Assembly (NCBI GenBank): GCA_963678065.2 | Contig: CAXXVZ010000002.1 | Location: 128,001 to 192,000 of the forward strand | Direction: 5' to 3' | DNA length: 64,000 nucleotides | Source of the DNA: Treponemataceae bacterium | GTDB taxonomy: Bacteria > Spirochaetota > Spirochaetia > Treponematales > Rectinemataceae | In this document: positions 1 to 8,784 of the stretch, piece after piece | Layout of the letters: each line of letters opens with the position of its first letter | How positions within the stretch are numbered: position 1 is the stretch's first letter | Position numbers and translations under genes: made by a program | Notes under the pieces: generated by a model | Seen by the model: the letters and a program-made list of their open reading frames with translations, nothing else | What the model was told of the DNA's origin: nothing | Database searches by the model: none

Positions 1-605
1 CCCGGGCGCGAAATCCAGTCGGCGATAAAGTTTTTCCGCGGCGCGGGAAAGCAGAGCCTGTCATAGGCAGCCAGGTCTTCGATGTCGACATCGGCACAAT
101 TCCTGACTGCACAACCGGCCGGCTGCATAGCAGCATTGCCGGCACCCGCTCCGGCTGTCGGCCACGGTTTCTGGTACGAGGCCGCCTTTCGCGCCGCAGC
201 CCCGTCGCCACGGAACCGGATATTCCTGCAAGCGAGGCGGAATCCGGACCTGCCGTAGTTTTCCTGCTGTTCGACGACTCCGTCCAGCCCGATATTCCGA
301 TCCCGGAGGTGCTCCATTGCACGGCGCCACAGCCTGATCCCGTATCCCTTTCCCCGGAATTCCGGCCTCACGATGTAGAATCCGACAAAGCCGAAATCAC
401 CGCCATAGGCGACGGCCGAAATACAGCCCACGGGCTCTTTGCCAAGGAATCCCATGAAAAATCCATCAGGATCACAGCGCAAAAAACATTCCGTATCGTG
501 CAGCCCCGGATTCCAGCCTTCCTGCGCCGCCCATCCGACAGCCAGATCGAGTTCTTCCGCGCTCATTGTCCGGATCGCAAATTCCGCAACCTTGTCATCG
601 ACCAT
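1..605 (-). CDS. GNAT family N-acetyltransferase (YitH-like), 3' end runs off window
   Basis: Absent from the ORF track because there is no stop in the window. Manual translation from ATG 605: MVDDKVAEFAIRTMSAEELDLAVGWAAQEGWNPGLHD...FYIVRPEFRGKGYGIRLW...IGLDGVVEQQENYGRSGF. Contains the acetyl-CoA motif RGKGYG. Confidence 0.85.
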   Translation of the reverse strand, partial: MVDDKVAEFAIRTMSAEELDLAVGWAAQEGWNPGLHDTECFLRCDPDGFFMGFLGKEPVGCISAVAYGGDFGFVGFYIVRPEFRGKGYGIRLWRRAMEHLRDRNIGLDGVVEQQENYGRSGFRLACRNIRFRGDGAAARKAASYQKPWPTAGAGAGNAAMQPAGCAVRNCADVDIEDLAAYDRLCFPAPRKNFIADWISRP

Positions 606-651
606 CGTCGACCTCCGACACCCATCCCTCGTCTCGCCCCTGATGGGGCCT

Positions 652-1176
652 TCAGCCCCCCAAATCCTCTGGCATATGCCTCATTTCGCCGTTCACGCCG
701 AGGCGGGCAATATCGGAGGCGCGGTCCGGATAGAGGCGGACCAGCTCCGACGCGATCCCTGCCTCGAAACAGGAGGCCGTGAAGCCGGGAGCCATCGTGC
801 AGCCGAAGAGCGAGTAGCGCCCGCCGGGGAGCATGTATCCGGCCTGCCAGACGCGGGCGGGCACCACGAACTGGACATTCTGCCCGGCGAGCGGGTCGCA
901 TCCCATGAGGATTTCGCCGCTCGTGCCGTCGGGGTACAGAAGGACGAGTACGAAGGGATCGCCGCCGTAGACGTGCCAGACCTCGTCGAATGACAGACGG
1001 TGGAAGCAGGAGACGCTCGCGGGATCGTCGGCGTACAGCCCTATCATCGCGGTTCCCGCGTTTCCTCCGTCAGCCAGCAGAAAAAGAGAGCGGTAGGTGC
1101 TCCGGTACAGAGTACCTTCGACGGGAAGTCGGCTGAATCCGAAATGTTCGATGACCGCTTCGGTATCGGGATGCAT
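652..1176 (-). CDS. Cupin domain protein (Cupin_5/DUF985 type)
   Basis: Motifs LPVEGTLYRSTYRS, FHRLSFDEVWHVYGGDP, QFVVPARVWQ and CTMAPGF are typical of the family. Confidence 0.85.
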   Translation of the reverse strand: MHPDTEAVIEHFGFSRLPVEGTLYRSTYRSLFLLADGGNAGTAMIGLYADDPASVSCFHRLSFDEVWHVYGGDPFVLVLLYPDGTSGEILMGCDPLAGQNVQFVVPARVWQAGYMLPGGRYSLFGCTMAPGFTASCFEAGIASELVRLYPDRASDIARLGVNGEMRHMPEDLGG

Positions 1177-1314
1177 CGTTCACCTCCCCGTCATCGCGCC
1201 GTCCGCGTGACGATTTCTGCGCCCGCTTCGCCTGGCGCCTGCCCGGCCTGAACGCGCGCGGGCTGCGCAAGATTCGGGTGCGGCTCAACCCAGATCGGAC
1301 CAGCTCAAATCCGC

Positions 1315-1965
1315 TCAATCCAAAAAAGTCTTCCAGTCAGGATCCCCGTGGGCGCGGAAACAGAGCTCGATCTGTCCCCGGACAACCCTGTTTTCCGAGA
1401 GGGGCGGCAGGGCGTCGAGAGAAAAAAAGCCGATCCCGTCGGTCTCGAAGTTCGGGACGAAGCGTTTTTCTACTTCCCCGGCGGTTGATACCGCGGCATC
1501 CGCCACGGAGCAGTCGACGAAGATCTTGAGGCAGCCATAGGACATGGGCGGGGGGTTGTGGCGGTTCCGCTCAAGGACGGCTACAACTTTGCGCGGAATG
1601 ACCTCCAGCCCGGCTTCCTCGCGCGATTCCTTGATGACCATCTCGCGGACGGAGAGATCGACGTCGGCCCAGCCGCCCGGCAGAGACCACTTTCCGTCGG
1701 TCGTCTCGCGCACCATGAGGATTCGCCCGTCGACGATGATGGAGGCGCGCACGTCGACTTTGGGCGTCGGATAGCCGGCCTCCCGGCTGAATACCCCCGC
1801 GATGCGGTCCAGGGGAGCGTCGGTCGCCGCCTCCATGAGCTCGAAGGAGATTCTCATGAGCTCTTCGTAGCGGTCGAGGTCGAATGGGTCCTTGCAGTAC
1901 GTCTTCCCGGTCTGCGCTATCGCCTGGATGCGCTTGGCTTTCGCGAGCAGTTCAAGTGCCGTCAT
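1315..1965 (-). CDS. NUDIX hydrolase with Nudix_N domain (ADP-ribose pyrophosphatase-like)
   Basis: IQAIAQTG..Y...PFD..RY N-domain, GYPTPKVDVR and Nudix box GGWADVDLSVREMVIKESREEAG. Start uncertain (1965-2025). Confidence 0.85.
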   Translation of the reverse strand: MTALELLAKAKRIQAIAQTGKTYCKDPFDLDRYEELMRISFELMEAATDAPLDRIAGVFSREAGYPTPKVDVRASIIVDGRILMVRETTDGKWSLPGGWADVDLSVREMVIKESREEAGLEVIPRKVVAVLERNRHNPPPMSYGCLKIFVDCSVADAAVSTAGEVEKRFVPNFETDGIGFFSLDALPPLSENRVVRGQIELCFRAHGDPDWKTFLD

Positions 1966-2102
1966 GGAACGACTATGCACCCTCGCGGGGTCTGGCATCA
2001 ATGCCCGACCCCGCATCCCGCGCAACCTTGCGCCTGGCTATCCCTCCTTCGAATCATCGCGCCAGCCCGCGGTATCGGAAAAAGTGGCAAAAAACGGCAT
2101 AC

Positions 2103-2131
2103 TTGTTCACGATCGCCCGCTTCGCTACACT
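2103..2131 (+). promoter_or_regulatory. Putative sigma70 promoter of the aspartokinase/homocysteine operon
   Basis: TTGTTC-17 bp-TACACT, ending 14 bp upstream of ATG 2146. The leader is very short with no clear SD. Confidence 0.5.
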
Positions 2132-2145
2132 CGTGAGACATATTT

Positions 2146-3654
2146 ATGCGCAAAATAGTGGTAAAATTCGGCGGATCCAACCTGAGGACAGCCGGCGACA
2201 TCGACAAGGTCGCGTCGATCGCCCAGAGCTACGGGCGCCCCCTCGTCATCGTGGTGTCCGCCTTCTACGGAATCACCAACTCCCTCATAGAGTGCGTCCG
2301 CGCCGCCAAAGCCGAAAACTCCGGCGGCCGCGGAGACGTGACTCGGAGCGCCGCGCAGGGCGTAATTCAGAGTGGCGCTCAGGCGGCGGATGGCGGAGTG
2401 CGCACCGCCTTCCCGGGCGACCCGGCCGGCGCTTCATCCCTCTCTTTCACCCGCGGTCTGCGCAAGCTCAAGCGGCAGATCATCGACGCGAGCATCCCCG
2501 ACAGGGCGGCCCGCGAACCCGTCTACGCCGAAGTTTCGGCCAGACTGGACCGGCTCGAGCGCTACCTCCTCGGCATCCACTACATCGGCGACGTGCCGGA
2601 CTTCCTCTCCGACACCATCCTGAGCTACGGCGAGCGGCTCTCCTCCCTCATCCTGGCCGCAGCCCTGCGTTCGCGCGGGGTCGACTGCGAGGAAATCCTG
2701 CCCGAAGACCTCGGCCTCGTCACGGACGGCGAGTTCGGCAACGCGGGCTGCGATTTCGCGGCCTGCGAGGAGCCCGTCGCCGCCCGACTCGCCCCGGACA
2801 GAACCTTCGTCGTGCCGGGCTTCTACGGCATCGGCCCGGACGGAAGGGCGACCCTCTTCGGCCGGGGTGGCTCCGACTACTCCGCGGCGGCCATCGCCCG
2901 CTGCGTCGGCGCCGAATCCCTCGATGTCTGGAAGGACGTCGGCGGATTCCTCAGCGCCGACCCGCGTGAGGTCGCGAATCCCCGGCGCATCGCGGGCTTA
3001 AGCTACCTGGAGGCCGCTGAGCTCTCCTATTTCGGCGCCAAGATACTGCACCCGCGCACCGTGGAGCCCCTCTTCGACAGGAACATTCCCATCCGCATCA
3101 TGAACGTCGACGCATTCGCGCCGGGCGGGGCGATAGAGGCATGCACGACGATAGACGGAACGCGCCACGTCGCCGAGGGCATCGTCAAGGCCGTCAGCTC
3201 GAGCGAAGACGTCGGCATCCTGAAACTGCACGGGCCGGGCGTCGGCTTCAAGCACGGCATCCTCGCCAAGGTCACGGGCAAGCTCGACGACCGCGGCATC
3301 AACATAAAAAGCGTCATCACGGCCCAGACGGCCATCAACATACTCGTCGGACGGGCCGATCTGGAGAAGGCCTTCCACGCCGTGCGGGACCATATGGTCT
3401 CGGGCGTCGTCGACGTGACCATGAACGACGACGCGGCCATCGTCGCCGTGGTCGGAGAGGGAATCCTGGACGAAAGCGGCATCGGACTCGGCATCGCCGC
3501 GAGGTCCATGAAGGCGACATCGTCGGCGGGCATCCACGTTCTCGTCGCCTCGGCAGGAGCCAGCGAGGTGGCGCTCTACCTCCTCGTCGCGCTCAGAGAC
3601 CGCGCGAGGACTGTCGCCCGCATACACGAGGAATTTTTCGGAGGAAAGGCATGA
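2146..3654 (+). CDS. lysC: Aspartate kinase with C-terminal ACT domains
   Basis: VVKFGGS, VVSA, SYGERLS, TLFGRGGSDYSAA, DVGG...ADPR, EAAELSYFGAKILHPRT, followed by two ACT-like repeats. Confidence 0.93.
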   Translation: MRKIVVKFGGSNLRTAGDIDKVASIAQSYGRPLVIVVSAFYGITNSLIECVRAAKAENSGGRGDVTRSAAQGVIQSGAQAADGGVRTAFPGDPAGASSLSFTRGLRKLKRQIIDASIPDRAAREPVYAEVSARLDRLERYLLGIHYIGDVPDFLSDTILSYGERLSSLILAAALRSRGVDCEEILPEDLGLVTDGEFGNAGCDFAACEEPVAARLAPDRTFVVPGFYGIGPDGRATLFGRGGSDYSAAAIARCVGAESLDVWKDVGGFLSADPREVANPRRIAGLSYLEAAELSYFGAKILHPRTVEPLFDRNIPIRIMNVDAFAPGGAIEACTTIDGTRHVAEGIVKAVSSSEDVGILKLHGPGVGFKHGILAKVTGKLDDRGINIKSVITAQTAINILVGRADLEKAFHAVRDHMVSGVVDVTMNDDAAIVAVVGEGILDESGIGLGIAARSMKATSSAGIHVLVASAGASEVALYLLVALRDRARTVARIHEEFFGGKA

Positions 3655-4802
3655 GCAAAAGCTACGAGGAAATCAACGAAAAGATCGGCCGGGGCGAGGC
3701 CGTCGTCCTGACGGCGGAAGAGGTCACGCGCATGGCCGCGGAGATGAGCCCCTCCGAAATCGCAAAGAAGGTCGACGTCGTCACCACTGCCACCTTCGGG
3801 GCGATGTGCTCCTCCGGCTGTTTCATCAATTTCGGACACCCGGAGCCCCCGCTCCGCATGGAGTCCCTCAGCCTGAACGGCGTGCCCGTCTTCGGCGGCG
3901 TCGCCGCGGTGGACGGCTACATCGGCGCCACCGAAGTCTCGCCCTCCGATCCTGCGTACGGTGGAGCCCACCTCATCGAGGCCCTCGCGAAAGGAGAAAG
4001 CCTTCTCCTCGAAGCGCGCGGCAAGGGCACGGACTGCTATCCGCGCCGCGAGATCCGCACCTGGATAAACAAAGACACGGTGAACGAGATCACCATGGTC
4101 AACCCGCGCAACGCCTACCAGAACTACCCCGCGGCGACGAACACGGGCGAGCACATGATCTACACCTACATGGGCAACCTTCTTCCGAAGATGGGCAACG
4201 TCACCTACTCGACCTCGGGCGAACTTTCGCCGCTGCTCAACGACCCGGAGCTGCGCACGATCGGCATCGGCACCCGCGTCTTCCTCGCGGGCGCCCAGGG
4301 TTTCGTCAGCTGGCGCGGCACGCAGTTCAACACCGAAAAGGCCCGCAACGAGGCCGGAATTCCGACGAGCAACGCGCGCACCCTCATGCTCACAGGCGAT
4401 GTGAAGGAGATGGACCCGGAATTCCTGCGCGCCGCCTACTTCGAGAAATACGGCGTCTCCCTCTTCATCGGCGTCGGCTTTCCGATCCCGGTCCTCGACG
4501 AGGATATGGCGAGGCGCGTCTGTATCTCCAACCGCGACATCGTCACGACGATCTGCGATTACGGCTCCGACGGGCACCCCGGCATCGGGAAGACGAGCTA
4601 CGCGGAACTCCGCTCGGGCTCGGTCGAACTCGCGGGCAAACAGGTCCGGACAGCGCCCCTCTCCAGCCTCGCAAAGGCGCGCAGAATCGCGGAAATCCTG
4701 AAAAATCTCGTCGCATCGGGCGCCTTTCCCCTCGCGCCGCCCGTCCAGGCTCTGCCCGGAAAATCCACTGTGTCCGGCCTCAAGGTCAGGGAGCGTGCGT
4801 GA
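3651..4802 (+). CDS. Homocysteine biosynthesis protein / L-aspartate semialdehyde sulfurtransferase (DUF39, MJ0100/MA1821-like, no CBS domains)
   Basis: MSKSYEEINEKI..GEAVVLTAEE, DVVTTATFGAMCSSG, GTDCYPR, NPRNAYQNY, SGELSPLLNDP. ATGA overlap with lysC. Confidence 0.9.
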   Translation: MSKSYEEINEKIGRGEAVVLTAEEVTRMAAEMSPSEIAKKVDVVTTATFGAMCSSGCFINFGHPEPPLRMESLSLNGVPVFGGVAAVDGYIGATEVSPSDPAYGGAHLIEALAKGESLLLEARGKGTDCYPRREIRTWINKDTVNEITMVNPRNAYQNYPAATNTGEHMIYTYMGNLLPKMGNVTYSTSGELSPLLNDPELRTIGIGTRVFLAGAQGFVSWRGTQFNTEKARNEAGIPTSNARTLMLTGDVKEMDPEFLRAAYFEKYGVSLFIGVGFPIPVLDEDMARRVCISNRDIVTTICDYGSDGHPGIGKTSYAELRSGSVELAGKQVRTAPLSSLAKARRIAEILKNLVASGAFPLAPPVQALPGKSTVSGLKVRERA

Positions 4803-5212
4803 TGAAGGAAAAATACATTCTCGAATACTCCAGTTCCATCGTCGACGAGCCCGTCATATACACCCTCGTCAAACGTTTCGACGTCAAGGTCAACATCCTG
4901 CGCGCCGAAATTTCGCCCGGCCACGAGGGCAGCATGCTCGTCGAGCTGGAGAGCGATCCCGAAAATCTGGCGAAAAGCCGCGAGTATCTCGCGCGCTCCG
5001 CGATCAGGATGATTCCGATCGCCCAGTCCCTGATGTTCCGCGAGGCGGAGTGCATCGATTGCGGCGTCTGCACGGGCGTCTGCTTCTCGGGATGCCTCAC
5101 GATGGGGGCGCCCGACTGGAAGCTCGCGGTCGACAGGGACAAGTGCATAGCCTGCGGCCTCTGCGTGAAAGCCTGCCCCATGGGCCTCTTCAGCCTCAAA
5201 TTCGGGGAATGA
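4802..5212 (+). CDS. NIL domain + 2x[4Fe-4S] ferredoxin (MJ0099/MA1822-like partner)
   Basis: NIL segment (EPVIYTLVKRFDVKVNILRAEI) followed by CIDCGVCTGVC and CIACGLCVKACP. TGATG overlap with the upstream gene. Confidence 0.9.
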   Translation: MKEKYILEYSSSIVDEPVIYTLVKRFDVKVNILRAEISPGHEGSMLVELESDPENLAKSREYLARSAIRMIPIAQSLMFREAECIDCGVCTGVCFSGCLTMGAPDWKLAVDRDKCIACGLCVKACPMGLFSLKFGE

Positions 5213-6054
5213 AGCCGGACTCGGAGGCCGGGCGCTCACCAGTGGCCGGACTGGACGCGGCCGGCGGACATTCCGGCGACACAGCCCATTCCGCGAATTC
5301 TTACCTCCGGCGCGAGTACCGCGGGCGCATGGGCTCACGCTTCCGCTCCTTCGTGGTCGCGCACCGCGAGACCGATCTCTGGATAGGCGTCGACCCGGCC
5401 TCGTGGGAGGAGTCGATGGGGGCCTTCGTCTTCGCCCGGGCTGTGGAATACCGCGCGCAGCTCGCGATCTACGGGGCGTCGCGCCCCGAGTTTCTTGCAA
5501 GCTTCAGCCCGATACCGCGGGACGCCGGGGCCCCGCCTGTGGCCGCCCTCATGATGGAGGCCGCAGCCGCGGCAGATGTCGGCCCCATGGCGGCGGTCGC
5601 GGGCGCCGTCGCGCGCTTCGTCGGCGAGGACTTGCAGCGCGAATTCGGCGCCCGCGAAATCCTCGTCGAGAATGGCGGCGACATCTGGCTCCTCTTCGAA
5701 TCCCCCGTCGACATCGCCGTTTTCGCGGGGAACTCCCCTCTTTCAGAGCGCGTCGGCCTCAGCCTTCCGCCTGGGCTTTCCCCCTGCGGCGTCTGCACTT
5801 CGAGCGGCACCGTCGGCCCCTCGTTCAGCTACGGCGCCGCCGATGCCGCCATGGTCGTCTGCCGCGATGCCGCCCTCGCCGACGCCTGGGCCACGGCCGC
5901 CGGGAACCTCGTCACCACGGAGGCCGACATCGAGCCGGCCATTACCCGCGTCGGCACGAAGCCGGGAATCATCTCCGTCCTCGTCGTCAAGAATGGCAGG
6001 ATGGGCATCAGGGGCGAACTGCCGCTGAAAGTCTTCAATCCCGACAGGGCCTGA
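5209..6054 (+). CDS. UPF0280 / ApbE-like family protein (MA1715-like)
   Basis: ETDLWI, GPMAAVAGAVA, VENGGDI, TSSGTVGPSFSYG.AD, LADAWATA. ATGA overlap. Confidence 0.88.
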   Translation: MKPDSEAGRSPVAGLDAAGGHSGDTAHSANSYLRREYRGRMGSRFRSFVVAHRETDLWIGVDPASWEESMGAFVFARAVEYRAQLAIYGASRPEFLASFSPIPRDAGAPPVAALMMEAAAAADVGPMAAVAGAVARFVGEDLQREFGAREILVENGGDIWLLFESPVDIAVFAGNSPLSERVGLSLPPGLSPCGVCTSSGTVGPSFSYGAADAAMVVCRDAALADAWATAAGNLVTTEADIEPAITRVGTKPGIISVLVVKNGRMGIRGELPLKVFNPDRA

Positions 6055-6083
6055 GCCCGGCGGGAATGATCGGAGGACCGACA

Positions 6084-7523
6084 ATGGATTTCGAAGCTTC
6101 GCCTTCCCGCAGGAACATCATCCTGGCCAACACCTGCATGGCCACCTTCATGGCGACCCTCGACGGGAGCATCGTCAACATCGCCCTGCCCGTCATCTCG
6201 CAATCCTTCGCGGTCAGCATCAACGCGGTTCAGTGGATCGTGTCCGCATACCTCCTCACGGTCTCGGCCACGCTCCTCGTCTGGGGCAGACTCTCCGACC
6301 TCTATGGGAGGAAAAAGCTCTTCGCCTCCGGCATGGCGGTCTTCGCCCTCGGCTCGCTGCTCTGCGGTCTGGCCGGAAGCCTGGTCGCGCTGGTCGCGGC
6401 GCGGGTAGTCCAGGCGATCGGAGCCTCGATCATGATGGCCCTCGTGCAGGGCATCGTGACCTCGATATTCCCGCCCGCCGAACGGGGCAAGGCTTTAGGC
6501 ACAGTCGGAGCAGTCGTCTCGATCGGTTCGCTCGTGGGGCCGGGCCTGGGCGGAATAATGGTCCACGCCGCGGGCTGGCAGTCGATCTTTCTCATCAACA
6601 TCCCGATCGGGATCGCGGGCGTCGTCATCACCATGATCAACATGCCGGGAGCCACGGAGGCCGACAAGGTCCGGGCCCGTCGGGCCGGAAAATTCGACCT
6701 TCCCGGAGCGGGGCTTTTCGGCGCCGCCATCGTCTTCCTCTTCTTCGGTCTCCTCGCCGCGCAGGGGGGAATGATCCAGACCGGACCGATGCTGGCGATG
6801 CTGGTCGCGGCCCTCCTTCTCCTTGCGACTTTCTTCGCGAACGAAAAACGCAGGACAAATCCCCTCGTCGATCTGGGCATGTTCGCCAACCCTGTGTTCA
6901 GCTCGGGTCTGGCCGCATCCTTCCTGTCCTACACCTCGATGTTCGCCTATGTCTTCTTCATGCCCTTTTTTCTGCAGTATGTCGCGAAGATGGACGTGCT
7001 CAGGGCGGGGCTCGTGATGTCGGCCTACCCTCTGACCACGGCCCTCGTCGCTCCTTTGAGCGGCAAACTGTCGGACAGGATAGGCTACCGCCCGCTCACC
7101 ATCGCGGGCGCGACGGTGAGCACGGTCGTTCTCGCCCTCGTATCCGGGCTCGGAGCCTCGAGTCCGGAAGGGCTGATGATAGCGCTCATTGTCCTCTTGG
7201 GGGCGGGCGGGGCTCTCTTCCAGTCTCCGAACACCTCGAGCGTGATGGGGGCGGCGTCCAGGGACAAGCTCGGAATCGCGGGGAGCATCAGCGCCTTCTT
7301 CCGCAACTTCGGGATGGTTTCGGGAACCACCTTCTCCGTGCTGCTTTTCACTGTGATCACCCGCGCGGGGATAGGAGATGTCGGTTCCGCCTCCTTCGAC
7401 GAAACCCTGTTCATGAAGGGATTCCGGGTCGTCATGCTCGCCGCGTCGGCCCTGTCGTTGCTCAATGCGGGGCTGAGCACAATCCGGAACAGCGCAGAAC
7501 TGGCGGCGGGCGGAAAACGGTAA
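6084..7523 (+). CDS. MFS transporter, DHA2 (EmrB/QacA-like, 14 TMS)
   Basis: FMATLDGSIVNIALP, GRLSDLYGRKK, WQSIFLINIPIG. GGAGG RBS at 6072. Confidence 0.9.
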   Translation: MDFEASPSRRNIILANTCMATFMATLDGSIVNIALPVISQSFAVSINAVQWIVSAYLLTVSATLLVWGRLSDLYGRKKLFASGMAVFALGSLLCGLAGSLVALVAARVVQAIGASIMMALVQGIVTSIFPPAERGKALGTVGAVVSIGSLVGPGLGGIMVHAAGWQSIFLINIPIGIAGVVITMINMPGATEADKVRARRAGKFDLPGAGLFGAAIVFLFFGLLAAQGGMIQTGPMLAMLVAALLLLATFFANEKRRTNPLVDLGMFANPVFSSGLAASFLSYTSMFAYVFFMPFFLQYVAKMDVLRAGLVMSAYPLTTALVAPLSGKLSDRIGYRPLTIAGATVSTVVLALVSGLGASSPEGLMIALIVLLGAGGALFQSPNTSSVMGAASRDKLGIAGSISAFFRNFGMVSGTTFSVLLFTVITRAGIGDVGSASFDETLFMKGFRVVMLAASALSLLNAGLSTIRNSAELAAGGKR

Positions 7524-7578
7524 ACCGGCCGCAATGGGCGGGGTCGCGTGAGGCCCTTTCCCCCGTGAAGTCCGGGTT

Positions 7579-8742
7579 TTACTTGAAATACTTCAGGAAA
7601 TACCCATACCCCTCAGTTTCCATCGACTCCTTCGGAACGAAGCGGAGTGAGGCGGAGTTCATGCAGAACCTACGCCCGGTCGGCGGCGGGCCGTCGTCGA
7701 ACACATGCCCGAGGTGCGAGTCGGCGTAGCGCGAGCGGACCTCTTCCCTGACCATGCCGAGGCTGGAATCGGTTATTATGACGATGTTCGATGGCACGAG
7801 CGCCTGGGTGAAGCTCGGCCAGCCCGTCCCGGAATCGTACTTGTCGCGCGAGCTGAAAAGCGGCTCTCCGGAGACAATGTCGACGTAGATTCCCTCGCTC
7901 TCGGAGTGCCAGTACTCGTTCCCGAAGGCGGGCTCGGTGCCGTCTTTCTGCGTCACGTCGAACTGCTCAGGCGAGAGCCTGGTTTTGAGGATGGAGGCAG
8001 AGGGTTTGACGTAATAGCCGGCGGCGGCGGCCGATGGAGGAAGGCCATGATCCTTCGCGGCCTGGGCACCCCACGCCGCGCGGAAGAAGGCATCGCGTCC
8101 CGAAGCCTCGCGGTAGCTCGCATAATGTCCGGGATTCTTTCTGGCGTAATCCTGGTGGTAGTCCTCGGCGGGGTAGAAGACCGAGGCGAGGCGGATTTCA
8201 GCGACGATCGGCTTTTTGAAGACGCCGGACGCGCCGAGCGCGGCCTTCGACTTTTCGGCGAGAGCCTTTTCGGCCGCGTTCATGTAATAGACGATGGGCC
8301 GGTAGTTGGATCCCCTGTCGTAGAATGATCCTCCGCCATCGGTCGGGTCGACACTCCTCCAGTACAGGTCGAGGAGCCCGGCGTAGCTTGTCCGCGAGGG
8401 ATCGTATATGACCTGTACTGCTTCCACATGGCCATTCTGTCCGTAGTTCTCGTAGCTGGGATTGCTGGTACGCCCACCCGTGTAGCCCGAGATGGCCGAA
8501 ATGACACCATACTGTTTTTCAAACGCGGATTCCATGCTCCAGAAACAGCCGCCGGCGAAGATGGCTTTTTCCAGTTTCACGGGAGCCGGGGGGCTTGCCG
8601 ACCGATTATTCCCCTGTGGGGAAGGTCCGGAGGCACTCGAAAGGATGAGAATCACGATGCCGACCAGGACGAGGGCGGAGAACAGGGCGAGGACGCTGAT
8701 CCAACCGGTCCGCAGCGGACTCCGTGTCCGTGAATCATCCAT
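7579..8742 (-). CDS. msrAB: Membrane-anchored bifunctional methionine sulfoxide reductase MsrA/MsrB
   Basis: N-terminal hydrophobic helix. MsrA motifs [19 protein letters not shown]. MsrB motifs [38 protein letters not shown]. Confidence 0.93.
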   Translation of the reverse strand: MDDSRTRSPLRTGWISVLALFSALVLVGIVILILSSASGPSPQGNNRSASPPAPVKLEKAIFAGGCFWSMESAFEKQYGVISAISGYTGGRTSNPSYENYGQNGHVEAVQVIYDPSRTSYAGLLDLYWRSVDPTDGGGSFYDRGSNYRPIVYYMNAAEKALAEKSKAALGASGVFKKPIVAEIRLASVFYPAEDYHQDYARKNPGHYASYREASGRDAFFRAAWGAQAAKDHGLPPSAAAAGYYVKPSASILKTRLSPEQFDVTQKDGTEPAFGNEYWHSESEGIYVDIVSGEPLFSSRDKYDSGTGWPSFTQALVPSNIVIITDSSLGMVREEVRSRYADSHLGHVFDDGPPPTGRRFCMNSASLRFVPKESMETEGYGYFLKYFK

Positions 8743-8784
8743 ATATCTTTCCTTTGCGCGGGAATCGACGGCCACGCCACCGTG

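Noticed and set aside
1990..2145. SAM or lysine riboswitch upstream of the homocysteine operon
   Set aside because: No recognisable conserved core, and the predicted promoter leaves only a few nucleotides of leader.
3141..6083. Long N-terminal extensions in the ORF track (3141, 3806, 4795 and 5403 starts; similarly 31743, 35116, 55306, 61734)
   Set aside because: They overlap upstream genes. Internal starts with RBS or stop/start coupling match the family N-termini.
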